The notes under the pieces are model-generated. The model had not been told where the DNA came from and did no database searches. It was given only the letters and a program-made list of their open reading frames with translations. A program made the position numbers and the translations under genes. This document shows, in pieces, positions 25,483 through 35,673 of a stretch of DNA of 64,000 nucleotides. The stretch's first letter is position 1, and every line of letters begins with the position of its first letter. The stretch covers positions 41,411-105,410 of the forward strand of contig DAOPKN010000002.1 of NCBI GenBank assembly GCA_035391225.1, read 5' to 3'. The DNA comes from Thermotogota bacterium (GTDB lineage: Bacteria; Thermotogota; Thermotogae; MWEM01).

Positions 25483-27273
25483 TTGCAAAACAGGACGCAT
25501 ACGTGTGGAGAGCTGGGTCGGAAAGACGAATCGAAAGAGGCCATTTTAAGCGGCTGGGTGGACCAAAAAAGGAACCTTGGTGGGATCCTTTTCGTGCGCT
25601 TGCGGGACCGCTATGGTTTTACGCAGGTGGTTTTTTCCCCGGAGTCTCCCGAATTGTACCAACAGGCAAGCGAACTGCACAAGGAAGACGTGGTGCAGGT
25701 GAAAGGCGTGGTTCGACTGCGGCCCCAAGAGGCACAGAAGGCCGATTCCAGCACGGATTGCATCGAGTTGGAGGCGATGGAGTTGCAGGTTCTTTCCCGC
25801 GCCAAAACGCCCCCGATCTATACCAATATCGAGGCCGGAACGTCGGAGAACATGCGGCTCAAGTACCGTTACCTGGACCTGAGAACGGCACGAATGCAGG
25901 CCAACCTCTTGTTGCGCAGCAAGGTGGTTCGAGCGGTTCGTTCCTATTTCGAGGAAAACCAGTTCCTGGATATCGAAACCCCCGTGCTGACCAAGAGCAC
26001 GCCGGAGGGGGCCCGCGATTTTTTGGTTCCTTCGCGGTTGCGACCCGGGCATTTCTACGCGCTGCCCCAGTCTCCGCAGCTTTTCAAGCAGCTGTTGATG
26101 GTTTCGGGTTTCGATCGGTACTACCAGGTCGTGAAATGCTTCCGCGATGAAGACTTGCGTGCCGATCGCCAGCCGGAGTTCACGCAAATCGATTACGAGC
26201 TCTCCTTCGCCGATGAAGAAACCGTTATGCATTATACAGAGGGAATGTTGGCCCGGGTTTTCCAGGAAGCTCTGGGTGTGGAAATCCCTACCCCCTTTCC
26301 CCGCATGGACTATGCCACCGCCATGTCGTTGTATGGAAGCGATAAACCAGACTTACGGTTCGGTCTTTCCTTCCAGGATGTCTCTGCACCGTTCGCCGAA
26401 AGTGATTTCGAGATGATGCGCGAACTCATCGCGACTGGAGGAGTGGTCAAGGGTATCCTGCTGCCTGGTGCGGCTTCCCGGTTAAGCCGGAAAAAGCTCG
26501 CGGAGCTGGAAAGTTTCGCCCGTGCGCAGGGAGCCGGGGGGCTTCTCCACGTGAAATGGCAGGAAAACTCCTGGAAAGCCTCCTTCTCCAAGTTCTTCTC
26601 CGCGGAAAAGGTTGCCCAGCTCATGCAGGAGATGAAAGCGGGCCCGGAGGATGGAGCCGTGTTTGTTGCCGGAGCTCCCAAGTTGGTGCATGCAGTGCTG
26701 GGGGCATTGCGGCTGGAGTGTGCGCGTTGGTTGGAGCTCGTTCCCACCGACCGTTTCTGTTTTACCTGGGTGAAGGATTTCCCGATGTTCGAGTACAGCG
26801 AGGAAGAGGGACGTTTCGTTGCGCAACACCATCCCTTCACCATGCCCTTCGAAGAGGATCTTCAGGCCTTTCGCAATGGAGACCTTTCCAAGATCCGTTC
26901 CCATGCCTACGACGTCGTCCTCAACGGATGGGAGCTGGGAGGCGGCAGCGTGCGTATTCATCGAGATGACTTGCAAGAAGAAGTCTTTTCCCTGTTAAGC
27001 CTGTCACCGGAGGATCAAAGACAGAAATTCGGCTTTTTACTCGAGGCTTTTGCCTATGGAGTTCCCCCACATGCCGGTTGTGCTTTGGGTTTGGATCGCC
27101 TTGTCGCTTTGATGGCGGGCGAGGAAGGAATTCGCGACGTGATCGCTTTTCCAAAAACAACCAGTGGTTCTTGCCTGATGACGGATGCTCCCTCATCGGT
27201 GAACCCTGAGCAGTTGGACAAGCTTTTCCTTCAGCCAAAGCAACCAAGTTTTTCGAAGGAGGAAGACCGATGA
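25483..27273 (+). CDS. aspS: Aspartyl-tRNA synthetase
   Basis: Class II AspRS motifs are FRDEDLRADRQPEFTQID, GGGSVRIH and GLDRLVALM. The chosen start is TTG 25483, 8 nt after GGGAGG, which gives MQNRTHTCGEL. In-frame alternatives are ATG 25465 and TTG 25447. Confidence 0.9.
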   Translation: MQNRTHTCGELGRKDESKEAILSGWVDQKRNLGGILFVRLRDRYGFTQVVFSPESPELYQQASELHKEDVVQVKGVVRLRPQEAQKADSSTDCIELEAMELQVLSRAKTPPIYTNIEAGTSENMRLKYRYLDLRTARMQANLLLRSKVVRAVRSYFEENQFLDIETPVLTKSTPEGARDFLVPSRLRPGHFYALPQSPQLFKQLLMVSGFDRYYQVVKCFRDEDLRADRQPEFTQIDYELSFADEETVMHYTEGMLARVFQEALGVEIPTPFPRMDYATAMSLYGSDKPDLRFGLSFQDVSAPFAESDFEMMRELIATGGVVKGILLPGAASRLSRKKLAELESFARAQGAGGLLHVKWQENSWKASFSKFFSAEKVAQLMQEMKAGPEDGAVFVAGAPKLVHAVLGALRLECARWLELVPTDRFCFTWVKDFPMFEYSEEEGRFVAQHHPFTMPFEEDLQAFRNGDLSKIRSHAYDVVLNGWELGGGSVRIHRDDLQEEVFSLLSLSPEDQRQKFGFLLEAFAYGVPPHAGCALGLDRLVALMAGEEGIRDVIAFPKTTSGSCLMTDAPSSVNPEQLDKLFLQPKQPSFSKEEDR

Positions 27274-27620
27274 ACGATTTGAGATTCGAAGAGAAAGAAA
27301 ACGGGATGCAGACGGTGATTTCCATTGCTGGGGATATCGATGCCTACCATTCTCCGCGCCTAAAGGAAGAATTGGAGAAGTACATCAAGGGTGAAGCGGG
27401 GGAAATCATCTTGGATATCTCGGAGGTTCCCTACATCGATAGTGCTGGGTTGGGTACCTTGGTGTCCATTCTTCGAGAGACGCGTACCCACAAGAAAAAC
27501 CTGAAGCTGGTGGGTCTGCGGCAGAACATCAAAAGGATTTTCGAGATGACAAGGTTGGATAAAATTTTCGAAATTTTCGATACGGTTGATGAGTCCAAGA
27601 AAGAATCCAAGGGAGAATAG
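27270..27620 (+). CDS. STAS-domain anti-sigma-factor antagonist (SpoIIAA/RsbV-like)
   Basis: ATGA overlap with the aspS stop. The conserved phosphorylatable-serine context is YIDSAGLGTLVSIL. Confidence 0.8.
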   Translation: MNDLRFEEKENGMQTVISIAGDIDAYHSPRLKEELEKYIKGEAGEIILDISEVPYIDSAGLGTLVSILRETRTHKKNLKLVGLRQNIKRIFEMTRLDKIFEIFDTVDESKKESKGE

Positions 27621-27633
27621 TTGACGAAAAGGA

Positions 27634-28311
27634 ATGGATAAGGAATTCATTATTGCCATTGATGGCCCCGCGGGCTCGGGAAAATCAGCGTTTGCCCGAA
27701 AAACCAGTGAAAGACTCGACTTTTTGCACTTGGACAGTGGAGCTTTTTACCGTGCCGTAGCGTGGTACCTCTTCCAACAGAATGTGACCCCTGAGCAAGA
27801 TTTCCTTTTTTCTTCCGCACTGGAACACATCCAGCTTTCCTTGGAAAATGGCCAATTGTTCTTAAACGGGCAGGAAGTGGGGCAAAGCATCCGAACCGAA
27901 CGTATCAGCCGGTTAACTTCGGCTTTCTCCGTTTTCCCCGTCATCCGGGATTTCGTGAACCAAAAGGTTCGCGCCGCTTGCGTGGGAAAACCGGTGGTGG
28001 TGGAGGGTCGGGATATCGGTACGGTCGTCTTTCCGGATGCGGATCTCAAGTTCTTCCTAACGGCGCCCGTGGCAGTCCGGGCAAAGAGAAGGTACGAGCA
28101 GCTCCTCTCCCAGGGGGAATCTCCCCAGGAGGAGCAGATCTTGCGTGAGATGAAAAAACGGGATCGCCAGGATTCCATGCGGCAAACCGCACCCTTGAAA
28201 AAAGCCGAGGATGCCATCGAGCTGGACTCCTCCTTGCTTTCGCTGGAGGAAGAAGTGGAGCAGGTGGTTCGCTTGGTTGCCGAGAAAAAAGGCGCGTCTT
28301 CTTGCCGGTGA
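27634..28311 (+). CDS. cmk: Cytidylate kinase
   Basis: IAIDGPAGSGKS P-loop and EGRDIGTVVFPDA. Confidence 0.9.
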   Translation: MDKEFIIAIDGPAGSGKSAFARKTSERLDFLHLDSGAFYRAVAWYLFQQNVTPEQDFLFSSALEHIQLSLENGQLFLNGQEVGQSIRTERISRLTSAFSVFPVIRDFVNQKVRAACVGKPVVVEGRDIGTVVFPDADLKFFLTAPVAVRAKRRYEQLLSQGESPQEEQILREMKKRDRQDSMRQTAPLKKAEDAIELDSSLLSLEEEVEQVVRLVAEKKGASSCR

Positions 28312-29150
28312 CGCTTGCCGAGCACATCGCTTTTTGTTTCGGGGTAAAACGCGCGGTTGCGTTGGCCGAGGAAGCGCTGCGCACGGAACAGCCCGTGTTT
28401 TCGACCGGTGACCTGGTGCACAACGCTTTCGTGATGGACCGTTTGCAAAAAGAGGGATTGCGGCTGTTGAACTGGCAGCAAATCCCCGAGAGCAGCTTGG
28501 TGTTGGTGCAGGCGCACGGGATTTCCCCCGAGAAACGGGGGCAACTGCAACGGCGGGGGAACCGTTTGGTAGATGGTACCTGTCCGATTGTCAAGCAGAG
28601 CTTTGACAAGATTCGCTCCGCATCGCGAGGCGCAAGGGTAATCGTGCTGGGCAAAGAGGGACATCCGGAAATGGAAGCTTTGAAAGGCTTGGTTCCCGGA
28701 ATCCATTTCGTGGAGCATCCCGGCGACCGGGTACTGCAGGAAAAAGCGACACGAACCGTCTTTGCCGCCCAAACCACCGCTCCGCTGGATGCATTTCGGG
28801 AAGTAGCCCAGCAGCTTGCCCTACGCACGTGCCCGGGCGACGATTTGGAAGTTCTCAACACGGTTTGCTCGGTGACGGTGGAAAGGGAGAGGGAGCTGTT
28901 GGCCAAGGCGGAACACTTTGCGTTTGTCGGTGTGATTGGCGGGAAGCAGAGCTCCAACACCCGGAAACTTTTTGGCCTGGCACAGCAAAGGCATTGTAGG
29001 GCGTTTCACATTGCTTCGCTGCAAGAAGCCAAGGAGCTTGGTGGACAGCTAACCCCTGGAAACAGCGTTTTTTTGACGAGCGGGACATCAGCATCAATGG
29101 AAGAGATCCAGCAAATACAACAATATTTTTTGGAGATTTTGGGAGGTTGA
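28308..29150 (+). CDS. ispH: 4-hydroxy-3-methylbut-2-enyl diphosphate reductase
   Basis: GTGA overlap with the cmk stop; TTG 28302 is an alternative start. The three cluster-cysteine contexts are FCFGVKRAV, GTCPIV and NTVCSVT. Confidence 0.9.
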   Translation: MTLAEHIAFCFGVKRAVALAEEALRTEQPVFSTGDLVHNAFVMDRLQKEGLRLLNWQQIPESSLVLVQAHGISPEKRGQLQRRGNRLVDGTCPIVKQSFDKIRSASRGARVIVLGKEGHPEMEALKGLVPGIHFVEHPGDRVLQEKATRTVFAAQTTAPLDAFREVAQQLALRTCPGDDLEVLNTVCSVTVERERELLAKAEHFAFVGVIGGKQSSNTRKLFGLAQQRHCRAFHIASLQEAKELGGQLTPGNSVFLTSGTSASMEEIQQIQQYFLEILGG

Positions 29151-29155
29151 CAAAG

Positions 29156-30853
29156 ATGGTCGACGGCAACGAAAACCGGGAAATCAGTAACATGGAGGAA
29201 GCTCTGCAACACATGGACGAGCAGCAACCCTTGGTTGTTGATCTGAAGAAGGGTGCCCCTGTTTCTGTAGTAGTCCTGGAAAAGCACACGAATGAACTGG
29301 TAGTGGAAATTGGGGCAAAAAGTGAGGGAACCATTCCACGGGAACAACTCGTTCGTCCCTGGGAGGAATACCAGGCGAACGATAAGATCGAAGGTGTCAT
29401 CACATATATCAACGAGGATGATGGTCAAATCGTGATTTCCGAGAGGAAATACGCTTTCCGTTCCGCGTTGGAAAAGGTGCGCAAAGCCTTCGAGGAACAT
29501 ACTCCGGTCGAAGGTGTCATCGAAGGTTTCAACCGTGGAGGATTTACCGTAACGCTTTTCAACGTCTTGCGCGCGTTCCTTCCATCCGGCCAATCCATGC
29601 TCAAGAAATCCGATTCGCTGATTGGTCAGTCCTACACGCTGGAAGTCATTGACTTCAAGTCGCGAAGGAGAGGAGCACCCAACATCGTGGTGTCCCGCCG
29701 CAAATTGTTCGAAGCGGAGATCAAGGAATTTTTCGAGAAACTCCAGGAAGGCTCCATCTTGGAAGGCCGCGTGGAAAGCATCGAGAATTTCGGGATTTTC
29801 GTGGACCTCGGCAAAGTCACCGGCTTGATCCCCAGATCGGAACTGTCCTACGACCGGTCTGCTGACCCCAACGATTTTGCAAGCGTGGGGCAAAAGATCA
29901 AATCCATGGTGTTGAAGGCTTCCATGGAAAGGGAGAAAGTCACGCTGAGCTTGAAGGCGCTGCAGTCTGACCCCTGGGACAACGCCGAGGAAAATTACCC
30001 CGCGGGAAAACTCGTGAAAGGTACCGTTTTGCGCATCCTTCCCTTTGGCTTCGTGGTGAAGTTCGACGATGGCATCGAAGGCCTCGTGCACTCCTCGGAG
30101 ATTTTCTGGACCCGACGCAGAATGGATATTCACAGCGTGGTGCAAGAAGGAGAACAGGTGGAAGTGGAAGTTCTCAACCTCAACCTCGAGAAGCGCAAGC
30201 TTTCCCTAAGCCTCAAACGCGTGAAGGGGAACCCCTGGGAGGAAATCGAGAAGAAATTCCCCGTGGGAAAAGTGGTGGATGCCAAGGTCGTGAAGATCCT
30301 GCCAAACGGGCTGATCGCGGAACTGGAAGAAGGCGTTTCGGGATTCGTGCACGTCACGGAGTTGTCGTGGAACTTCTTGGATAGCATCGAAGAAGCGTTC
30401 AACGTGGGGGATACCGTCTCGGTGATGGTGCTGGAAGTGTCCGCCGAACAGCAGCGCATGCGCCTGAGCATTCGAAAAGTGGACCAGGATCCTTGGCAAA
30501 AAGCCGTGGATTCCTTGCGAAAAGGAGATTCCGTGACCGGCCAGATCATGCGATTGACCAACACCGGGGCCGTGGTGCTTCTGGATGAGTACAAAATCGA
30601 AGCCTTCTTACCGGTGAGCCAAATTTCCCAGGATCGCGTGGAGAAACCCGCGGATGTTCTGAACGTTGGCGACACGGTGAAAGCCCAGGTTGTCCGCACG
30701 GTGTACGAACCCGAAAAGGATCGCCGGAACATGGTGATTTCCATCAAGCAACGTTTGCAAGATTCGGACGTGGAAGATTACAGCCAATACATGAACGCGG
30801 ATAGCTCCAGGGTAACCATGGCGGAAATCGTCAAGCAGAAGGAACAGGAATGA
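29156..30853 (+). CDS. rpsA: 30S ribosomal protein S1
   Basis: ATG lies 11 nt after GGGAGG. Repeated S1 OB-fold modules (G.V...E.FG.FVDLG...GL.H.SE..). Confidence 0.9.
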   Translation: MVDGNENREISNMEEALQHMDEQQPLVVDLKKGAPVSVVVLEKHTNELVVEIGAKSEGTIPREQLVRPWEEYQANDKIEGVITYINEDDGQIVISERKYAFRSALEKVRKAFEEHTPVEGVIEGFNRGGFTVTLFNVLRAFLPSGQSMLKKSDSLIGQSYTLEVIDFKSRRRGAPNIVVSRRKLFEAEIKEFFEKLQEGSILEGRVESIENFGIFVDLGKVTGLIPRSELSYDRSADPNDFASVGQKIKSMVLKASMEREKVTLSLKALQSDPWDNAEENYPAGKLVKGTVLRILPFGFVVKFDDGIEGLVHSSEIFWTRRRMDIHSVVQEGEQVEVEVLNLNLEKRKLSLSLKRVKGNPWEEIEKKFPVGKVVDAKVVKILPNGLIAELEEGVSGFVHVTELSWNFLDSIEEAFNVGDTVSVMVLEVSAEQQRMRLSIRKVDQDPWQKAVDSLRKGDSVTGQIMRLTNTGAVVLLDEYKIEAFLPVSQISQDRVEKPADVLNVGDTVKAQVVRTVYEPEKDRRNMVISIKQRLQDSDVEDYSQYMNADSSRVTMAEIVKQKEQE

Positions 30854-32193
30854 GCCAACCGGGATCCATTTGGATCGTGGGAAAGCCAAACGTTGGCAAA
30901 TCCACCCTGTTCAACCAGCTGATTCGCAAGAAGAAATCCATCGTGGATGATTCCCCGGGTGTTACGCGAGATGCAGTGTATGGAGAGGTCCGATTGCAAA
31001 ATCGGACCTTTCAGCTTATTGACACCTGCGGATTGTTCCAAAACCCGCAAGGGGAGATCGAATCCAAGATGTGGCAGCGCACCATAGATCTTCTCTCGAC
31101 CCAGGGCATCGTGCTGTTCTTGGTGGATGGCCAAACCGGGCCCACCGCGGAAGATTTCAAGGTTGCGGAGATCCTGCGGCAAAAGGGTGCCCATGTGCTA
31201 CTGGTGGTCAACAAGTCCGAGAACCCGCGGCACACCCAGCAACACCTTTCGGATTTCTACGAAATGGGGTTTGGGGATCCCTTTTTCATTTCCGCTGCGC
31301 ATCGCCATGGTTTGGGGGATTTGCTGGAAACCGTGGAAGGCATGTTTCCGGAACCAGCTCCCGAGGAAGAGTCCGTACTCGTTTCCCCCGAGGTTTCGGA
31401 GACGAGAGTAGCGCTTGTGGGAAAACCCAACGTGGGCAAATCCCTGCTCTTTAACCGATTGGTGCAAAAAGATCGCTCCATGGTCACGTCGATCCCCGGA
31501 ACAACCCGGGACACCATTGATGAAATCGTTTCACGCGGCGCCAAGAGCATTCGTTTCATGGACACCGCCGGACTGCGCAAGCGCAACCGGGTGGAGAAAT
31601 ACTCCATCGAAAGCTTCTCCATGATTCGTACGCGGCAGGCTATAGAGAGCAGCGATGTCTGCCTTCTACTGATGGATGCCACCGAGCCGGCCGGAGAGCA
31701 GGACAAGAAAATTGCCGGCATGGTGGAAAAAGCGGGAAGGGCTTCTGTGATCCTCTTCAACAAGATGGATTTGCGCTCTTCCAACCCGCGATGGTGCAAG
31801 GAGCAGGAAAAGACAACCCGTGAGGACTTGTATTTCATCGACTACAGTCCCATCCTTTTCGTTTCCGCCAAAACGGGTACCGGCGTGGAGGCCATTTGGA
31901 AGAAGATCGAGGATGTTTCGCAGGCTTTCGCCAAGAAATTTTCCACCGGGGAAATCAACCGTGCGATGGAACAGATCCAGATCATGGTGGCCTCTCCCCG
32001 CCTGGGAAGGAAACGGTTGAAGATCTACTACGCCACGCAAGTGGATACCCGCCCTCCTTTGATCCAGTGCTTCGTGAACGAGGCTGCGGATATCCCACAA
32101 GCGTACAAGAAAGCGGTGAAGAAACACCTGCGAAACTTGCTCGGGGGATTGGAAGGCTCCCCCCTATTCCTGAAATTTACTCCCAGGAGGTAA
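30850..32193 (+). CDS. der: Ribosome-associated GTPase Der (EngA)
   Basis: ATGA overlap. Two G domains (IVGKPNVGKSTLFN and LVGKPNVGKSLLFN) plus a KH-like C-terminus. Confidence 0.95.
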   Translation: MSQPGSIWIVGKPNVGKSTLFNQLIRKKKSIVDDSPGVTRDAVYGEVRLQNRTFQLIDTCGLFQNPQGEIESKMWQRTIDLLSTQGIVLFLVDGQTGPTAEDFKVAEILRQKGAHVLLVVNKSENPRHTQQHLSDFYEMGFGDPFFISAAHRHGLGDLLETVEGMFPEPAPEEESVLVSPEVSETRVALVGKPNVGKSLLFNRLVQKDRSMVTSIPGTTRDTIDEIVSRGAKSIRFMDTAGLRKRNRVEKYSIESFSMIRTRQAIESSDVCLLLMDATEPAGEQDKKIAGMVEKAGRASVILFNKMDLRSSNPRWCKEQEKTTREDLYFIDYSPILFVSAKTGTGVEAIWKKIEDVSQAFAKKFSTGEINRAMEQIQIMVASPRLGRKRLKIYYATQVDTRPPLIQCFVNEAADIPQAYKKAVKKHLRNLLGGLEGSPLFLKFTPRR

Positions 32194-32197
32194 GCAA

Positions 32198-32785
32198 ATG
32201 GGTGTGCTTTTCGTGATCATCCTTTACTTTTGCGGTGCTTTCCCCTTCAGTTACCTTGTCCCCAAGATCTGGAAAGGGGTGGACGTACGCAAGGTTGGTT
32301 CGGGAAACGTGGGATCTACCAACGTGATTCGTGCTGTGGGAAAACCCATCGGGGGTTTTTGCATGATCTTGGATGCGCTGAAGGTGTTTCTTCCGTTGTT
32401 GGTCATGAAATGGGTCATGACGGGTCAACCCCATTTTTCGCTGTGGTTGAGCCTGGCTGCGCTATCGGGCGTGATGGGGCATGATTTCTCGATTTTCCTG
32501 AGGGGACGCGGGGGAAAGGGTGTAGCTTCCACGATGGGAGCTTTTTTTGGAATCCACCTGTTGTCGGGTTCCCTTTTCCTTGCGCTGGCAACCACGATTG
32601 CCTTGAGCACCCGGTTGATGTCACTCGGATCCCTGGTGGGTTTGGTGGCTTCCACGCTCATCATTTTCCCGCTCACGCATGATTGGTACTACCTGGCGTT
32701 GTACCTGTTCCTCACCCTTTTTTCCTTTTACCAGCACCGGAAAAACCTGATCCGCTTGTGGCAAGGGAAGGAGAACCCCTTTTAA
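32198..32785 (+). CDS. plsY: Glycerol-3-phosphate acyltransferase PlsY
   Basis: GSGNVGSTNVIRAVGK motif and five or six TM helices. Confidence 0.9.
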   Translation: MGVLFVIILYFCGAFPFSYLVPKIWKGVDVRKVGSGNVGSTNVIRAVGKPIGGFCMILDALKVFLPLLVMKWVMTGQPHFSLWLSLAALSGVMGHDFSIFLRGRGGKGVASTMGAFFGIHLLSGSLFLALATTIALSTRLMSLGSLVGLVASTLIIFPLTHDWYYLALYLFLTLFSFYQHRKNLIRLWQGKENPF

Positions 32786-34986
32786 TGGAAAATGGTTACG
32801 AAACATACCAGCAAAGTCCCTTCACGCAGTCCAATCCGCCGAAAGGCCAGCCTTTGGAAACCCGCCCGGGTTTCCCCGTGCCGTTTGGGGTAACGGTTTC
32901 GCGCGAAGGAGCCAATTTTTCGCTGTTTTCCCGGGAAGGAAAGCAGGTGATACTGGAGTTGTACGCGGAGTTCTACGATGAAATTCCTTCCCACCGCTTC
33001 GTGCTCGACCCGGTGAAAAACAAGACCGGTGACGTGTGGCACATTTTCCTCGAAGGGGTGAAGCAAGGGCAGTTCTACGGGTACCGGGTGGCAGGGCCCT
33101 ACAAACCGGCGGAGGGAAGACGCTTCAATCCCCATAAGCTCTTGACCGATCCCTACGCCAAAGCGATTAGTGGGGAGTATTTCTGGGAAAAGGAGTATGC
33201 CTACGGTTACGACAGGAACTCCCCGCAAAAGGACCTTTCGTATTCCCGCGAGGATTCTGCACGGGGACCGGTGAAAAGCATCGTGGTCGACGATTCGGAG
33301 TATGATTGGCAAGGGGATCGCCCGCTGCGCATTCCGCTGAAAGACACGATCATCTACGAGATGCACGTACGGCTTTTCACCATGGACAAATCGTCTGCGG
33401 TGCAGAACCGGGGGACTTTCGATGGCATACTGCAAAAGGTAGACCACCTTAAGGAGCTTGGGGTTACTTCCGTGGAGTTGATGCCGGTTTTCGAGTTCAA
33501 CCCGAATTCCAACATCCATTCCAACCCCTTCTCCCGCGAGGTGCTCAAGAACATATGGGGCTACGACCCGTTGGCCTTTTTCGCGGTGGAAGGAAGCTAC
33601 ACCCGGGGATTGCAACTGGGCGAGCAAGTATTCCTTTTCAAAGAGTTCGTGAAACAGATGCACCAAAACGGCTTGGAAGTGATCTTGGACGTGGTGTACA
33701 ACCACACGGGGGAAGGAAACGAAGAGGGCCCTACCCTAACATTCCGGGGAATCGATAACGCGGTGTACTACCTTCTGGATGCCTCCAACCCGCGCTTCTA
33801 CGAGAATTACTCCGGCTGTGGAAACACCCTCAACTGCAACCACGCGGTGGTGAAACAGCTGATCATCGATAGCTTGCGCTACTGGGTAACGCAGATGCAC
33901 GTGGACGGGTTTCGCTTTGACCTGGCAGCGGTGCTTGGCCGCGCGCCAAGTGGGGAGTGGATCGGGGATTTCTCACTGCTGAAAGACATCGCCGACGACC
34001 CCGTTTTGTCGGGTTCCAAGCTAATCGCCGAGGGTTGGGACGCTGCGGGGGGATACTTCGTGGGAGACTTTCCCACGGGATGGGCGGAGTGGAACGGTAA
34101 GTTTCGCGACGTGGTGCGCAAGCTGGTGCGCGGAGACGAAGGCACCATTCCGGAATTGGCGACGCGCATTTCCGGGAGCTCGGACCTGTACGGAAAGAAC
34201 GGGCGCAAACCCTTTGCCAGCATCAACTTCGTGACCGCACACGATGGCTTCACCCTTTGGGATCTCGTTTCGTACAACCACAAGCACAACCTGGAGAACG
34301 GTGAAGGGAACCAGGATGGAACCGATGAAAATTTCAGTTGCAACTACGGCGTGGAAGGAGAAACAGAGGATCCTTTGATCCAGCAAACCCGAAAACGCCA
34401 GGTGAAGAATTTTGCCTGCCTGCTCATGATTTCCCAGGGGATTCCCATGCTCTGGATGGGAGACGAATTCGGCCGTACGCAGAAGGGCAACAACAACGCC
34501 TACTGCCACGATTCGCCCCTTACGTGGGTGGACTGGACGCTACGGCAGAAAAACGCGGAGCTTGTACGTTTCTTTCGAAACATGATCCAGTTCCGCAAGG
34601 CGCATCCTGCCCTTCGCCGGGAACACTTTTTTTCCGGAAAGACGCTGCAACATGGAATCCGGGATATCACCTGGCACGGGGTCAAGGCATTTCAACCCGA
34701 CTGGGGGCACTCCTCGCACACGTTGGCCTTTACCATCTCCGGGGAAGATCTCGAATCGTACGAAACCCCGGATAACGATATCTACGTGGCGCTGAACTTT
34801 TTCGACGAACCCCTTTCGTTTGAAATCCCGGCACTTCCGGGGAAATGCTGGAAACGAATCGTGGATACCTTCCAGGAGGCTCCGGAGGATTTTTGCGATA
34901 CCGAGCATGCTCCCAGGGTTTCCGGAAGCTACCTTTTGCACGCACGAAGTATCTTGATCCTGGTATCGGAAAAGAAAAAATCGTAA
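32785..34986 (+). CDS. glgX: Glycogen debranching enzyme (GH13 isoamylase/GlgX type)
   Basis: TAATG overlap with plsY. GH13 conserved regions are DVVYNHT, GFRFDLA, EGWD and FVTAHDG. Confidence 0.9.
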   Translation: MENGYETYQQSPFTQSNPPKGQPLETRPGFPVPFGVTVSREGANFSLFSREGKQVILELYAEFYDEIPSHRFVLDPVKNKTGDVWHIFLEGVKQGQFYGYRVAGPYKPAEGRRFNPHKLLTDPYAKAISGEYFWEKEYAYGYDRNSPQKDLSYSREDSARGPVKSIVVDDSEYDWQGDRPLRIPLKDTIIYEMHVRLFTMDKSSAVQNRGTFDGILQKVDHLKELGVTSVELMPVFEFNPNSNIHSNPFSREVLKNIWGYDPLAFFAVEGSYTRGLQLGEQVFLFKEFVKQMHQNGLEVILDVVYNHTGEGNEEGPTLTFRGIDNAVYYLLDASNPRFYENYSGCGNTLNCNHAVVKQLIIDSLRYWVTQMHVDGFRFDLAAVLGRAPSGEWIGDFSLLKDIADDPVLSGSKLIAEGWDAAGGYFVGDFPTGWAEWNGKFRDVVRKLVRGDEGTIPELATRISGSSDLYGKNGRKPFASINFVTAHDGFTLWDLVSYNHKHNLENGEGNQDGTDENFSCNYGVEGETEDPLIQQTRKRQVKNFACLLMISQGIPMLWMGDEFGRTQKGNNNAYCHDSPLTWVDWTLRQKNAELVRFFRNMIQFRKAHPALRREHFFSGKTLQHGIRDITWHGVKAFQPDWGHSSHTLAFTISGEDLESYETPDNDIYVALNFFDEPLSFEIPALPGKCWKRIVDTFQEAPEDFCDTEHAPRVSGSYLLHARSILILVSEKKKS

Positions 34987-35010
34987 ACCTGCACAAAGGA
35001 GGAAACGCGG

Positions 35011-35673
35011 ATGAAGGACAAGCGCATGTCCCTGGAGGATTTCCAGAAAAGGATCCCCGACGGGGCCGTGATCATGGTTTCCGGTTTCTTGGGAGATGGC
35101 ACTCCGGAAACCTTGATCGATGCCCTTTTGAAAGGTCCCCAGGGTAACTTCACGCTGATTGCCAACGACACGGCTTTTTCCCACAAGGGGATTGGCAAGC
35201 TCATCGTTGCACGGAAAGTGCGGAAGGTTATCGTTTCGCACATCGGTACGAACCCGGAAACCCAAAAACAAATGATCGAGGGTTCCTTGGATGTGTCCTT
35301 GGTTCCCCAGGGAACGCTTGCCGAACAGATTCGTGCCGGGGGATTTGGTTTGGGTGGGATCTTAACACCCACCGGCGTGGGGACACTCGTGGAAAATGGC
35401 AAGCCCAAGATTACCCTGGAGGGCAAGGAATACCTCGTGGAAAAGGCCCTCAAGGCGGACTTTGCACTAATCAAGGCAAAGAAAGCCGATTTCTACGGCA
35501 ACTGCACCTTCAACTTTACCGCGCAAAACTTCAACTCCTTGATGCCGTTCGCGTGCAGTTGTACCATCTGTGAAGTGCAGGAAATGGTGCCAGTGGGGGG
35601 GCTTTCGCCGAATGAAATCCAACTTCCCCATGCCGTGGTCGATTTCCTGGTGAAGGGAGGGGCGCAGGTATGA
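35011..35673 (+). CDS. 3-oxoacid/acetate CoA-transferase subunit A
   Basis: AGGAGG RBS. SGFLGDGTPETLIDAL and GTLAEQIRAGG motifs. Confidence 0.85.
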   Translation: MKDKRMSLEDFQKRIPDGAVIMVSGFLGDGTPETLIDALLKGPQGNFTLIANDTAFSHKGIGKLIVARKVRKVIVSHIGTNPETQKQMIEGSLDVSLVPQGTLAEQIRAGGFGLGGILTPTGVGTLVENGKPKITLEGKEYLVEKALKADFALIKAKKADFYGNCTFNFTAQNFNSLMPFACSCTICEVQEMVPVGGLSPNEIQLPHAVVDFLVKGGAQV

